Assembly (NCBI GenBank): GCA_047495785.1 | Contig: JBLDXI010000021.1 | Location: 1,116,001-1,180,000, forward strand | Direction: 5' to 3' | DNA from: Lepidodermella squamata | Lineage: Eukaryota > Animalia > Gastrotricha | DNA length: 64,000 nucleotides | Shown here: positions 10,909 to 24,292 of the stretch, in pieces | Numbering within the stretch: the first letter of the stretch is position 1 | Layout: each line of letters starts with the position of its first letter | Program-made: the position numbers and the translations under genes | The notes under the pieces: model-generated | Databases searched by the model: none | Told to the model about the DNA's origin: nothing | The model's input: only the letters and a program-made list of their open reading frames with translations

Positions 10909-13195
10909 AATATCGATATCATTAAAATCTAGTTTTTATTTTCCGAATAAAAACCTAATTTCGGATATTATGTGACATTATGTACATTTTGACATCGTCA
11001 GCTTTTGATGCTGCTTTCAAGATCAATGAACGAGGAGTCGAACGATATCAAAAAGATGCTGATAGTCCTCATAGTTGCTGAGAAAATGGGCTTCAAAGTT
11101 TTCAGAAGAAAATTTCGAAAAATGCGCGCTTAAAAAAATTAGCTTTTTTATTGCACCAATAAAATGCGCAGTCGAGATTTTTTGGGGTATTGTGAGGTGA
11201 GGAATATTGCTATAGATATTCAAGCATTTTGATGGAATCAAACTCGTTCTTCCAAGTCAACCGAAACCGATAAGCCGAATCGGCGATACTTTGGGATATC
11301 CTGTCTTTTAAGGTGGATGGTTTGAACTTTGAAAAGTTGAAAAATCCTCAAGAAAAGTTGAGTAAGAGCATCTTGAATCGTCCCACTTCAAGTCAACACA
11401 TCCTATAAAGAAAATTCGCCAAAGCCCCCATTTTTAACTTGTACAGTCATGTGTTTTTTTGGCATAGAGAGCGACTGGCTACCTGTTTGATACAATCACG
11501 GCGTGACAGATCCCGAACGGGTGCAGACGATTTTTTTTTCATCAGCTCAGCGTGTTTTAAAACAAAAGGCGGGTCGCCAGTCGCGACTTTATTCAGCGTC
11601 AACGAGCATGTCGATCGGTGAGAACACGCCATGATGTTTGCAACGAGCGAGCGAACGAGCTAGATTATATTATGCGTTCAGGCCGCCCGCGCCTCCGGTG
11701 AAAAAAAAGACATATGTTTTACTACACACTCGCGCGCTAAATGAGGCCGGTTTCGTTTAGTCGCGCACAAATTAGTTGCCATAATGACGAAAAAACGCGC
11801 GATCGCCACCGTTACAATGCCCACACGGGCACTGTATCATTGTACAAATATGAATACCATATTATATGCTCATAAAAAAATGTATCGCGCTACACACGAC
11901 TGGTAATAGTAATAGTAATAATAATATTGTTAAAAATAGCCCCGTCTCAAGCGGTATTTTTTCTAATACCATTGCCATTTTGTGCGTCGTGTTTATGTTG
12001 CACCTATGCGAACAATAAGCAGGCGCGCGCGGCTGTCGAGTGGCCAATGTCAATTGTGTTTAAATTGTGCGCAAGTGCGCCATCAAACGACATAATTGCT
12101 GCCTCTTTATTAATTAGTTTATCACCAGCCCTTTATATTATCTAACCTAGCCAGGTACGCTCGTGCTATAAACAATATATACTCCGATTTTTCCGACCTA
12201 GTCTATTGAATAACCACTGCGTAGTAATAATTGTTTTTCTGGAAATATCCGGGGATCATTTCGACGCGCTGTAAACCTTGGAATCGCGTTGTTGAAAGGC
12301 AGCTCAATTACGTTTCTAACGTGTTGACTGCCTGGGTTCCAACGAGGTACGTAGTGGAGCCAGGCGTGAGTGTGAGCGCGCGCTCGCTCGCACTCGGAAC
12401 AACACACACCAACGCGTTGCTTTCGCCATGCATTAACGATAAATGAAACCGACCACTGCCTGTTAGCAAAAAACGACACTAAAGCCCCTACGTCGCCAAG
12501 TTTTTACTCAAAGGCTTGGATAAAAGCCGACTTTTAACAATGAATAGAATTTTTACTAGCAGCGTATTTTAATAATAATTATGTAATGCTTGCCTAGAAT
12601 TTGTTTCATTATTTGTATAATAATTCATTGTTCCCAGTTGTACATGTAATGCAAAAATACGTTGCTCTGGCTAATTTCAAGGTCGAGAACACTTTTTGCC
12701 GTAAAGAAAATTCTACGTATGAAGAGTAAGTGAATCACACGCCTTTAACTCGCCATCCTCAAGAATTATACAATAGATACAATGAGGCTTAGCCCATTCA
12801 CACATCGCGTTTATTAGCGTAAAAAAAATTCGAGATAATTTAACTTTTGAATCATTTTGAGTATGATGCCCACGACGTCCTAACACCAAAGCACGAATCA
12901 ACCACACGTCAACCCCCACGCAAAAGTAAACCCACATAATTTTCGATTCAGTTCTATATATTGTTCGAATTAATCGAATTCTCGGTGCATATTTCAAGAA
13001 TTGGCTCGACAGTCATTTCCCTATGCCAGTTTAATTTCGCCAAATTTTTCCTAAATTCAGACTTCGACAACCGATATTCTAGGGAAATTTTTTCGATCTT
13101 CTACCAATGGACAGCCTAGATTTTTGAGACATGAGCAACTATTTAAATGACTTTTTAGATGGATTGGTGAACATTATTTAACTCTATCCTACTGA

Positions 13196-16100
13196 ATGGC
13201 TGACATTCCGACAATTTTCACGGTTCAGAGTGGCGCGGACGCTGCACCGACCAGTATTAATCGAAAAAACGCCGCAATTCTGCTGAATGCTCACCATCAG
13301 CAGCTGCAACGTCACGCGGCTTCAAACACCCTGCCCCGGCGCCAACACGGCTCGGCGGCTATCGAATGCCAGGACCTACCATCACCCGCTGAAATGCAGC
13401 AGATGCGGAGTATAGCGAGGCAAATTGCGGAGCGGAACAAGCACGAAAAGCCACCGGTTATCATTAGCGTTGAGTCACCGATTGCAATCAGCGGGCCGCC
13501 GCTATCACCGCCAACTCCACCAGCTCTGCCTGATCGTAAGGACAGGCCTAAGTACAACAACAACAGCAGCAGCAACAGCAGTAGTAACAATAACTCGAAA
13601 ACTGATATGATATTAGACGCGAAAAAGCTGATACCCGGCAGTACGGATTCGGACGAAACGAAGCGGCAAAGTTCGGATCCACCGAAGCGGAAAAGGGAGA
13701 AAAAGCCTCGCCAGCCGGTCATTGATGCGAACGCTTTGATCAAAGGCTTCAGTAAGCAGAAGCCTTTCACCGAGCCGCCGCTGGTTAAGCATCAAAGTGC
13801 GACGGATTTCGTTCAACCCCTAACTGCATTGGACCCGGCGAAACCAGTCGCAATCGACATGTCCCCAGCTTTAACCAAGTCCGCTCATCCGCCTATCCGG
13901 TTTCAAAGCAGTGAATCAAGCGCTCCGGCTCGCCAGCGTGGCAGAAAGTTGATTAAAGACATCAAGCGAAGCGAAGACCATCGAACGTCACTGGTTACAA
14001 TGCGGAATACAAAGAAAATCTCGCTCGAGTTTAAAAATATGACATTTTCTATATGGGAAGGCAGCGGCAAGAAAAAGAGGGAGAAGCACATTTTGAAGGG
14101 CATCAACGGCTGCTTCGAAGGTCGTCAACTCCACTGCATCATGGGGCCCAGTGGATCCGGTAAAACGACTCTGCTCAACACATTAGCCGGTTTCAAGTGA
14201 GTCAGCCTCAAATTTCGACAAAAATTACCCAAAAAATCAGGAAAAAATCAGAAAAAATTGAAATTTTCTGGGCATTAGGGATTTCTGATTTCCGGTCGGT
14301 GTGAAAAATTTGAGAATTTTCTCATTTTACCTTGATTTTTCAAAAATTTTGGAAAATATGGGAATATTTTGAATTGACACCCACACAATGTCTTTTTTTC
14401 TTAAAATTAAACACGTCATTTTAAATTTTTTAGTGCGAAGGCCGCAAAGGCGCTACAAGTAAGGATAGGCGATTATCGCGTCGAAGCTTCGAAGGTGTTC
14501 TCAGGCGGGAACAAATTTTTCTGCTACATCACTCAAGACATCGAACTACCAGCCTTTCTCACCGTGAAAGAGACCATGGTCTTCGCAACGCGGCTTAAAA
14601 TGCCGCAGCTACCCGTTGGCATGACCACAGATAAATTCGTCGACTCTTTAGTCGGACCACTCGGCCTTAAATCGTCGCTAGATACCTTTGTAAATAATCT
14701 CAGCGGTGGCCAGCGCAAGCGTCTGGCTATCGCGACTGAAATCATCAATTATCCACCGGTTTTATTCGCCGACGAGCCGACTAGTGGCCTGGACTCGGCC
14801 ATGGCTGAGGAATGCATCGAGTTATTCCGGCAAATGGCGAATAAAGGCTGTAATATTATTACAACGATTCACCAGCCATCTGCTAAAGTTTTCGCACTCT
14901 TCGACACGCTCTACTGCGTCAGCCGTGGCGAGTGTATTTACGAAGGCCCGACTGATGAAGTTCTCAGCCGCCTTAATATTCTTGGCCTCACACCGCCGCC
15001 GTTCTACAGCGCGGCGGATTACATCCTTGACGTTGCGCTGGGCGAGGCGAGTGAGAAAAAACTGCGCGAGCTCATCGAAATGACCCGTGAACGGCAACTA
15101 GGCCCGCCAGCCGATGATGGACAAAACATCCTGTCAAATGGCAACAAAGCGCTATTACCGAAAAAAGGCATCAAGGACGCGAAGATTGCTATAACTTCCA
15201 ACGGAAAGCTAGAGGTAATGAGAACTATCAACTTAGAAATTCCGTTTAATTATACCAGAATTCAGCGATTTTATTAAGATTATTAATTAATTATTAATAG
15301 TGCCATTTTCAAGGTCAAATTCCTATATTTAGATCCTTGGATCCTTTGATCCTAGAATCAAAATCCTGGAGCTCGGGCCCCTTATCCCTTTATTGCGTAT
15401 CTAAGCCAAGGGTTAGGTTCAGGGTTAGGGCTAGGATTAGGGTTAGGGTTAGGGTTAGGGCTAGGGTTGGAGTTTGGTTTTAGCTTGGATACGCAAATGA
15501 GGGTAAACCTTTGGCACTTCCATAGAGATCAGATTAACCTGATCTCTGATCTCTATGGGCACTTCAAGAGTACTTTGAGATATTTAAAATTAGAGTTAAA
15601 ATTATTACAATTATTATGGTGGATTATTTCATCACACAAATTATTGATTGTTTTATTTGATATTTTTCACAGAAAATTATTCCTTCGTTCAAATCATCAA
15701 ACGCTTCTTTCTGGAGCCAAACAGCTGCCTTGAGTGAACGCGTCCTTAAAACAACTTGCCGAAATCACGTAAATAATTCAATTTTTTTTTGAAAATTTTT
15801 CTATCAATTATTTTCATAGATGCTGTTTCTCTTTCGAATTTCCGGTCTTATTGCTATCGGCCTGTTGATGGGCGGCATATTTTTCGGTGACAGCAAAACT
15901 TCGACGCCGCAAATTTTAGCCATCCTATCATCAGCTCTTTTCACATCATCCTTTATGCCTGCAGTTATGGGCATCCCTCTCGATGTCAAATTTATGACAA
16001 CAGAGTATCTTAACTCTTGGTACGGCATTCCGGCTCTTGCGATATCAACAACGCTAACGGATTGCCTGCTGGAGATAGCCCATCCATTGCTGTTTACAAT

Positions 16101-16705
16101 AATTATTTGGAAAATGGCAAATTTGCGAGAGTACAGTGATTTAAGGATGCTGCGGAGTTGTCTCATATCCATACTCAGCGCTTGGAATGGTCGAAGTGTA
16201 GGAATTCTAGCCGGTACCTTCAGTTCGAGATTGGTTAGTTTACCTCAATTATAGGAATAATTTTTAGTATTTTAAATTTAAATTATTTCAGACATCCGCC
16301 TACGTAGCTTTCGGTGGCATGGCGCCGTTTTTCGTATTTACCGGATCCGTGTTGCCCTACAATTTAGCCCCAGCCTACCTGCAATGGCTGTTCTACGCAA
16401 ATAGTTGTTTCTACGTTTTCGAAGGCCATTTACAGATGGTATACGGGGGTGGTAACTACTTCCGACCCGGTTGGAACGAAACCGTGTGTGACATCAATCC
16501 TATAAGCCTGTCATGCATCGAACAGCGGCAGAATAACGATGGCAAATTTGTTATCGAAACTGTTTTTGGCTTCAAAGATGACGACTCGAATTACTACAAA
16601 GTCATCGGCATTCTCGCGGGTTATTTCGTGGTCATGCGAGTTCTCGGCGCGTTATCGCTCTACTGGCGTTTGAGGCGAGAGCTGAACCGCGCCAACAATC
16701 GCTAA
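13196..16705 (+). CDS. ABCG (white-family) half-transporter with a long low-complexity N-terminus
   Basis: Exons about 13196-14196, 14434-15214, 15673-15768, 15820-16232, 16292-16705. Walker A GPSGSGKT, signature LSGGQRKRL, Walker B FADEPTSGLD, H-loop TIHQP, C-terminal transmembrane domain. Confidence 0.93.
15393..15496. repeat. Degenerate (TTAGGG)n tract inside a 17-bp inverted repeat, in ABCG intron 2
   Basis: About 10 TTAGGG-like units at 15409-15469; arms TTGCGTATCTAAGCCAA (15393-15409) and TTAGCTTGGATACGCAA (15480-15496) match at 15/17. Confidence 0.8.
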
Positions 16706-17326
16706 ATAACAGCGGCAACAATAACTTCAGCCTTTCGAAATTCAAAACTCAAGAAGTTTCTACTATATTCTTTTATTTTTGCCGGAAAAAATGTTGGAAA
16801 AAATTGTATTTCACGCAACGAGAAAGGCCTCTTGAACCACACGATACGGTCTGAAATTTGCGAAAAAATGGAAGATACGATCGAAATAAAAAGAACGACG
16901 ATTTCATATGAAATGGGTTAGAAATTAGAAAGTGTTTTCATCTTGGAATAAGCAAGCAGATTAACTGATATACTCGATCATAATGAACGAAAAAGAAAGA
17001 AGAGAATGAAGGCTGACTATTTATTTTGTCGCAGCTGAATTTCAGCCATTAATAACGATGGGAAAGCTAAAATGTTAAAGCAGCAGCGTTAATACACACT
17101 CTTGAATTCGAAGATGAGAAAGATGAAACTATCTAAGATATGTTCATATATTCCTTTGTTCTTTTCCCATATCAAAAAATGGCGGTATATTCCTACAAAT
17201 AACGTTCATGAACCCTGCGCAGTTTCTACAGAGTTATCAAATTCTCAAATTCAGGGATATGTCTACAGAAAATGCAATTATTCGTGCGAGTTTTTAGATG
17301 TTGAGATGATTCTGAAGTTACAAAGT

Positions 17327-19643
17327 ATGAAAATACTTGAAATCTATGCGTGGGTGATTTTTGGCCTAGTTGTTATTCAAGTCGCCGAGGTACCTATCGA
17401 ACTACAATTTAGTATCTAAAGATCCACTTTTCACGTTTTCGAATTTCAGGGAAAATTTGAGAACTGTAAAAGCGGTGTAATTACCGATATTGCGAAAATT
17501 CGGCATTATATTGCTGATTGGAGTGGAACGATTGCTGAATTGTCCACGAAATCCGAGTATGCCAGCTGGAACTGGTCAACCAACATAACAGATGCAAATG
17601 CGAAAATAAAGGTAATTTTTTTAACTCAAGATTTGTCATTTTAGCCCGAATAATTCAATCATCTATTAAGGAAGAGTCGAATAAACTTTTGGCCATTAAA
17701 AGCAAAGAGTATTGGACTATTGCGAGGTGTATCGACTGCGAGAAAGCGAATTGTTCGCAAGAAGAAAAGCGCCGACTTTGGGTTGGCTACAGCAGCATTG
17801 GACCGGCTGCTCTACCTCCTAAATCCTACGCTAACGTGAGAATATTTTAAGAGCTAATAGTCAGAATTAAAAGGCGAGCAAAAATTCGCAGCTCCAATAT
17901 TCCATCACAGTTATGCTTGGAACGCTTTCAGTGGCTCAAGTTTGTCGAGTGGATGAAAGAACCGCAAAGAAAACCTGTTTGTCAGAACCTGGTTATAGAC
18001 TTGGCGAATTTTACGAACGGAGTTTATTTCGAAATTATTTTGCAGAACTGGATGACCTTATGAGCCAATCAACTGACTATTGTACGCTGCAATGGGCTTG
18101 GGAAGGTTGGCGCAACGTAACAGGCCGGAAAATTCGAGGGTATTTCATGTCCTATGCCGTGCTATTAAATGAAGCCGCAAAGCTGAACGGCTTCAACAAT
18201 GCGAAGGAGATGTGGACTGCCGATGTTGTACACGATGATCCGACGTATTTCGAACAACTCGAGGAATCTTGGCTGAAAGTCAAGCCCCTGTATGAACAAC
18301 TGCACGCTTATGCGAGACGAAAGCTGAGAGACGTTCGGTATCCGAAATACGCAAAATTCTTTCCAGCAAGTGGGCATATTCCAGCTCATATTTTGTCGAA
18401 CATGTATGGCCAGAATTGGGGATCTCTTATCAATCTGTTGAAGCCTTATCCAGAAGCTTCTGATTTTGATCTCACTGCTTTGCTGAATCAAAACGTGGGT
18501 TCATCTCGATCTCGCTTTGCTCGGTTAATTTTAATAATTACATTCTAGAAATCAACTGTGGAATCCATTTTTCGGGAGGCTGATCGGTTCTTCCAATCGA
18601 TAGGGCTTCGTCCGATGGTAAACGATTTTTGGGCCAAGTCGGTTTTTGAGCAGAGGAATGATACCAAGATGGTGTGCCATGGATCAGCTTGGGATTTCAA
18701 TGTTCAGACTGATTTTCGGGTCAAAATTTGTGCCAAGGTTTCCTACGGGTACTATGGAACCGCTCATCACGAAATGGGTCATACTCAATACCACATGCAG
18801 TATAGCAAACAGCCGTTCGAGTTCCGCGAAGGTGCAAATGGGGGATTCCACGAGGCCATTGGCGATCTTATTGCTCTCTCGGCACTCACGCCAACTCACA
18901 TTAAAGCGATTGGCCTATTGCCAAAGGACTACAAGGAAGATAAAAGTAATTTCTTTTCCTGAACTTCGCAGGACATGTTATACATTTTTGCAGGGACTTC
19001 GCTTAGCGCACTGATGACCATGGCTCTGAGTAAAGTACCTTTATTGCCGTTCAGCTACATTGTCGATAAGTACAGATGGGCAGTTTTTGACGGCAACATC
19101 TCTTTTTCTCAGCTCAACTCTGAGTGGTGGAAGATGAAGTGCCGCTATCAAGGTTTTGTACCGCCGGTTCGTAGAACTGAAAATGACTTTGATGCCGGGT
19201 CGAAACACCACGTAGCGGGATCGATGCAGTACGATCGTTACTTTTACGCTCGTATTTTGGAGTTTCAAGCCCACCGCCATCTTTGCAGGAAGATTGGCTA
19301 TACCAAGGACTACCATCTATGCGACATCAGTGGTCACAAAGAAGAAACTTCTGCCCTGAGGGAAGCTTTGGCTTTGGGTAAATCAAGGCCTTATCCCGAT
19401 GTGCTGGAAATACTGACGGGCAGCCGCAAATTGGACTCAACTGCGATGGTCGATTATTTCAAACCTCTCTATGACTGGCTGGTCGAACAGAACAAAGGTA
19501 TTGTCGATTTTTTCCTGAAATAAAACTGGCACATTGTCTCTTGAACAGAATCAGGCGAACGTGTTGGATGGGACGATGAGTGTCCAACACATTTACCGGA
19601 ATCATCATGTGGCGATTATTCGAACGTGATACTGATGCCATAA
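17327..19643 (+). CDS. ACE: Angiotensin-converting-enzyme-like peptidase (M2), single domain, no membrane anchor; copy 1
   Basis: Signal peptide exon, WAWEGWR, GHIPAH, CHGSAWDF, zinc motif HHEMGH, EAIGD, FDAGSKHH..YDRYF; ends GDYSNVILMP*. Confidence 0.93.
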
Positions 19644-20433
19644 TTATGCAAAATGTATCGGAAAAATGCATGTGTCTTAATTAAGAGCTAACATTTTGGT
19701 TAACGCATCAACATATATAGGTTATCATACAATCGTGTTATCCTTTGGCAATTCTGTGGAATAAAAGGTGTACCTAGTTTATAATTGTTGATAGCTATAC
19801 TTATGCCATTTTTAGGGGTTCGCCGGGATGATTCTTGCGTGAACCTTGACGTCTCCGTGGACTAAACAGGGCTTGAATTTTGATTATGGTTTTCTGAAGC
19901 CGGCTTGCAGGATTTTACATCGCAAGGGCTGATGAGATGTCAGGTGGTAAGGAAGCCATACGGAAAAATACCTTCTGGACCAGATTATTCTGGCTAGTTT
20001 TGCTGCAAGTCATTTTTAGGGACGTTCGGTCTCATACTTGTTCAAGGCATCGGGCTGAGATTCACAAATCTTCAGGGCCTATTCCGCGTAGTCAGCAAGG
20101 TTGGGGCAGTGGTACCGCTTTGCTTTGAGTGCTTTGATGTGGCTCGGGCACATTTTCGCCCAAACATTCATGAAATCTGGTGTATAGGTATGTATTTCAG
20201 ACATATTTCAGGGTGCACATTTCTCTGATGTTGTGACATCGTGAGTGAGAGAAATCCAGATCTCGGTCATATTTCGTTATCATTTTTATAATGTTAGGTG
20301 CTTAATCGGTAATATAACCTGATAAGATGCGGGAAATACCCGTGAATTCGTACTCTTAATGCTCGACTAACTTGCCGACCGTTCCCAAATTATAAATTCT
20401 ATCTAGCTTTTCAACGGCTTTTATGCTGGAGTA

Positions 20434-22614
20434 ATGGTTACGCATCACTTGTCGTGGAAATTTAGTGTGCTATCCGTAATTTTCGGCTGCTTTTCGATAG
20501 TTTCAGCTAAATTGTCAATATCCCATGGTTCGATTTGCTTAACGGCAACACTATTGGGCTTTGCTGCTTTATGCACCGGCATCGCATCCGTTTTAGCCGG
20601 TTATTTGGCAGTTTTTCTCCCGATATCGCGCCTCCACAGTAGCATTCGTACCGCATTAGTTCACTTTTGCTGCAATGTCTATTTCAGCATTCAAGGTTAC
20701 TTCTACTGGCGGCGAATTTTCAGGTCAACAAATGACGTCAGGGAGGCTCAGGAGAACACTCTCAAGCGGATTTTGCGGCAAAATGCAGCGACTGAGTATG
20801 GCCAGAAAGTGAAACTTGGGGATATTAAAGACTCATCTCAGTATCGACTCAGACATCCTTTGACAAGCTATGATACTTTCCAGGAGTATATTGAAAAAAC
20901 TGCAAACGAAGGTTCTTTTTACACAGAATAGCAAGACCTCAATTTTTAAAACATTTTAATTCCAGGTGTGCAAAATATGTTGACTAGTCAGGATATTATT
21001 CAATTTTTCCTGAGTTCCGGAACCACTGGCAAAAGCAAGAAAATTCCTGGTAATGTAGTCGCAACGAATTCTCGAGGCGAGGGTCTTTACCAGTACGTAT
21101 TTTCATATTATACTTGTTACATTTTCTAAAGCTTTTTGACTACGATCCCAGCTTTCATTTCATCTCCTATTTGCTACCGACTGGTCCCTTCCTAGCACCC
21201 CTGAAATCGCTTTTAATCTCATTCAGCATCAAGCTTTCATCCACAGTGTGCGGCATTGTTATGACCCCTGTTTCTTACATACCCCGGCAGTTTCAATCTA
21301 CCGAAATATATCTGCCCCGTTCGACCCCGGATCAAGCTCGGATAGAGATTTCTGAAAGCGCCCAGACTTACTTGCACTGGCTTTTCGCCCTGTACGACAC
21401 CGAACTCTGCAGAATCGATTGCGCTTTCAGCGGCGGCCTCGTTGCGGCTCTTGAATTCCTCGCGAAAAATCACCAACAGCTTACTAAAGATATCGAATTT
21501 GGAATGATAAGTGACAGTCATTCTTTAGGAATTCCCGACGACGTAGCTGGAAGAGTCTCAGACCTAATGTGGAAAGATCCCGACAGAGCTAAGGAGATCG
21601 AAGCTGAATTCGCGAAAGGATTTCAAGGGATTGTCACTCGTCTTTGGCCTAGGGTCAACATGTGCTATGTCACTGTATCAGGAAGTCACGCCTGTGCCCT
21701 AGACCGGCTGAAGTTTTTCTTCGGACCTGATGTTCATTTCTACTCGATGATTTACGCATGTAGCGAGTGTGGCGTTATTGCTGCTAACATGGCTCATCCT
21801 CATCTCGGAAACCCTGTTTCGCTGAAACAACAGTTCACGATGCTGCCGGATGTTGGCGTCTTCTATGAATTCATTCCTATCGATGACGAAGGTGCAAAAA
21901 CTGTGGGAGAAACAGTGCTGTTGCATGAAGTTAAGGTTGGTTGCCGTTATGAGTTGGTAATCACCTGCGATGCTTCAGGGCTTTATCGCTACCGAATGGG
22001 GGATGTGTTGAAAGTCGTTGGACTCTACAACCAGTCGCCGGTCATTGAGTTTTGCTCTCGAATCGGAAGTATGCTAGACGTAGTCGGCGAGAAAACTGGC
22101 GAGGATTCTGTGTTCACAGCCCTGACGTCATGCGTCCAACACAACAAGTGGCTTGGCGCTAAATCCATCGTTAATTTCTCATCGACTGATTGCTTCTCAT
22201 TCACGAAGACGATAGAAGCCACGTCTGATAAAAGATTCGATAATATGAAAGGCGACCCTGGGTCTTTGTTCTACGTCATCTTCGTCGAACTTGAAGGGTT
22301 GGAAAGGAAGTTAACTGACGAAGAAACAACGGCTTTTGACAAAGAGCTGCAGAGATGTGCTCCGCGATATGAACATTATCGGAAAGTTGAAAGAATAACC
22401 GCGCCAAAGGTAACGTTTTGCATCTACGAAAAGCTGAATTTAATGAGATATGATTTTATTTCAGGTCTTTGTTTTGGCTCGCGGCTCCTTCGAGAAGATG
22501 AAGCAACAGTCTCTGGCCAAGTCAGGAAACGCTTCAAACCAATACAAGACACCACGATTTATCAAAGATATCGAAGCTATTCAGCTACTAACAGGCTATG
22601 CTTTTTTATATTGA
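20434..22614 (+). CDS. GHDC: GH3-domain protein (acyl-adenylating amido synthetase family), copy a
   Basis: Four exons with an N-terminal hydrophobic segment, LSSGTTGKSK, YACSE, GLYRYRMGD and C-terminal NQYKTPR. Confidence 0.92.
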
Positions 22615-23058
22615 CCTTAGGCCTATAACAAAAACAATATCAATGAAAATCCATAATAAACAAATGTAATGATTAATCGCTGCTGACAGTGGCTTGTGAA
22701 TCCTATAAATCCTACTCGACTACTGATATCGAAGTTTCAAAGCGGAACCGGAAAAACTCGGATTTGGCGTGGAATTTGATATCGAGGCATTTCGATATCT
22801 AGTGACGAACAAACCGGGAGCCAGTTTTGACTATTTTGTGATATTTTCAGGGTCATAAATTCTTGTTTTTTTTTATCAGTACGGGACCGCAGGCGAGACC
22901 TATAACCGAAAACTGTATATCCGCTGTCTTATCAGTAAACTGTTTCTGTTTTTTGCTCCATAATTGCAAGACTATTTTCCCCACAAAACACACCACAGAA
23001 TTGTCTTAAATTTACTTCATCATAGTGAATTGTTAATTAATAATTGTTACTGATCAAG

Positions 23059-24009
23059 ATGCCTTGCAAATCTGAACAAGAGGTCCGAATGATTTGATAT
23101 ATACAAAATTCAATAAAATTTATTTAATTGCTTAGGTCGTACAAATCAGGGAAAAGATCTACAAGGACGTCTGGCCCCTTGTTAACGATTTGGAGAATAA
23201 GCAATGGACCTTGAAGAAAGGCACTAGCAAAGAGGAAACTGGTCTCGTCTACAAGGCTAAGACTAAGAACTTGGGAACTGTTTGGAAAATCGAGGTAGCA
23301 TTTTTAAAATTTCAAAATTAATAAATACGATTATTTTCCCTTCTCCAGTTGATCTTAGACATCTCAGTTGAACAGTTCGTCGAGCGCTTCCATGTCAAAC
23401 AAGACTTCGGCTTCCTGCCTAACATGGCTGAGTTCAAGCAGTTGGAATTGAACGACAACGGAGGCGAATGGGCATGGGGGGTTACCTACACGCGCTCGCA
23501 AGGCCGAGCTGGCTTTGACGATCGGTATTTCTCTAATTTCGAAACAATTCGATGAAAAATTGATGTTTTATTCCAGAGATTTCGTCACCATGGTTTTCCA
23601 CCAAAAGATGGCTAACGGATGGGCTTTTGACATGAGCATTGCCACAGAGCACCCCGACGATCCGAAGCCCAGTAAGGTCGTGAGGTAATCCAAAATAACT
23701 TGTGAGAAAACGGAATTGATTCGGGCCTATTTGACCTAGAGGTGAGCAATTGCCCTCAGGCAGCCTGATCCGACCCCTTGCCGGTAATCCGAAGAAGTGC
23801 GAGCTCATCTGGATGAACAACATGGACATGAAGGTGATGAGAATTTGAAATCCTGAACCTTTGTTTTCTTATCTTCTTCTTCTGCTTTCTTCTAGGGCAT
23901 GTTGCCGAAGAATGTAATTAACCTCATCCTGTCGACTGTTTTGCTTGAAATCGGAGCTGCTTTCATCAAAAAGTGCAAAGAAGTCGCAGCTGAATCTGGC
24001 AACGCATGA
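23059..24009 (+). CDS. START-domain lipid-transfer protein, paralogue 2, 6 exons
   Basis: MPCKSEQE|..WKIE|LILDI..FDDR|DFVTM..EHPDDPKPSKVVR|GEQLP..MDMK|GMLPKNVI; same intron positions as paralogue 1. Confidence 0.88.
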
Positions 24010-24292
24010 TTTCACTTCCGAATAACTGTCTTCATCTTCCTGATAACTTATGTCTATTTCTATTTTCCGAATCACATGTTCAGTTCCTGATTTGAATGAC
24101 GACTGAATAAAAAGTGTCCTTCGCCAAAAGCCCCTTTTTCGAGGAATAGATAGTGAAAAAGTTATTTCCTTATCACATTTTATCATACATAACTCGTGGG
24201 AAGTGAGATAGAGCCAAACCCTCACTACGCCCACCTCATTTTCAAAAGCGATATAAAACCAAGAATAGAGCTATAGTTGACAAAAATCACAC

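Noticed and set aside
11400-12480. Short ORFs in CpG-rich DNA upstream of ABCG
   Set aside because: No recognisable protein; probably regulatory or UTR sequence, but no specific element can be supported.
19800-20200. Exon-like open stretch between ACE1 and GH3a
   Set aside because: Could not be joined into a gene or assigned to a family.
20434-22614. Horizontal transfer of GH3 from plants or bacteria
   Set aside because: Animals have GHDC genes, and these copies have introns and an N-terminal hydrophobic segment; a phylogeny would be needed.
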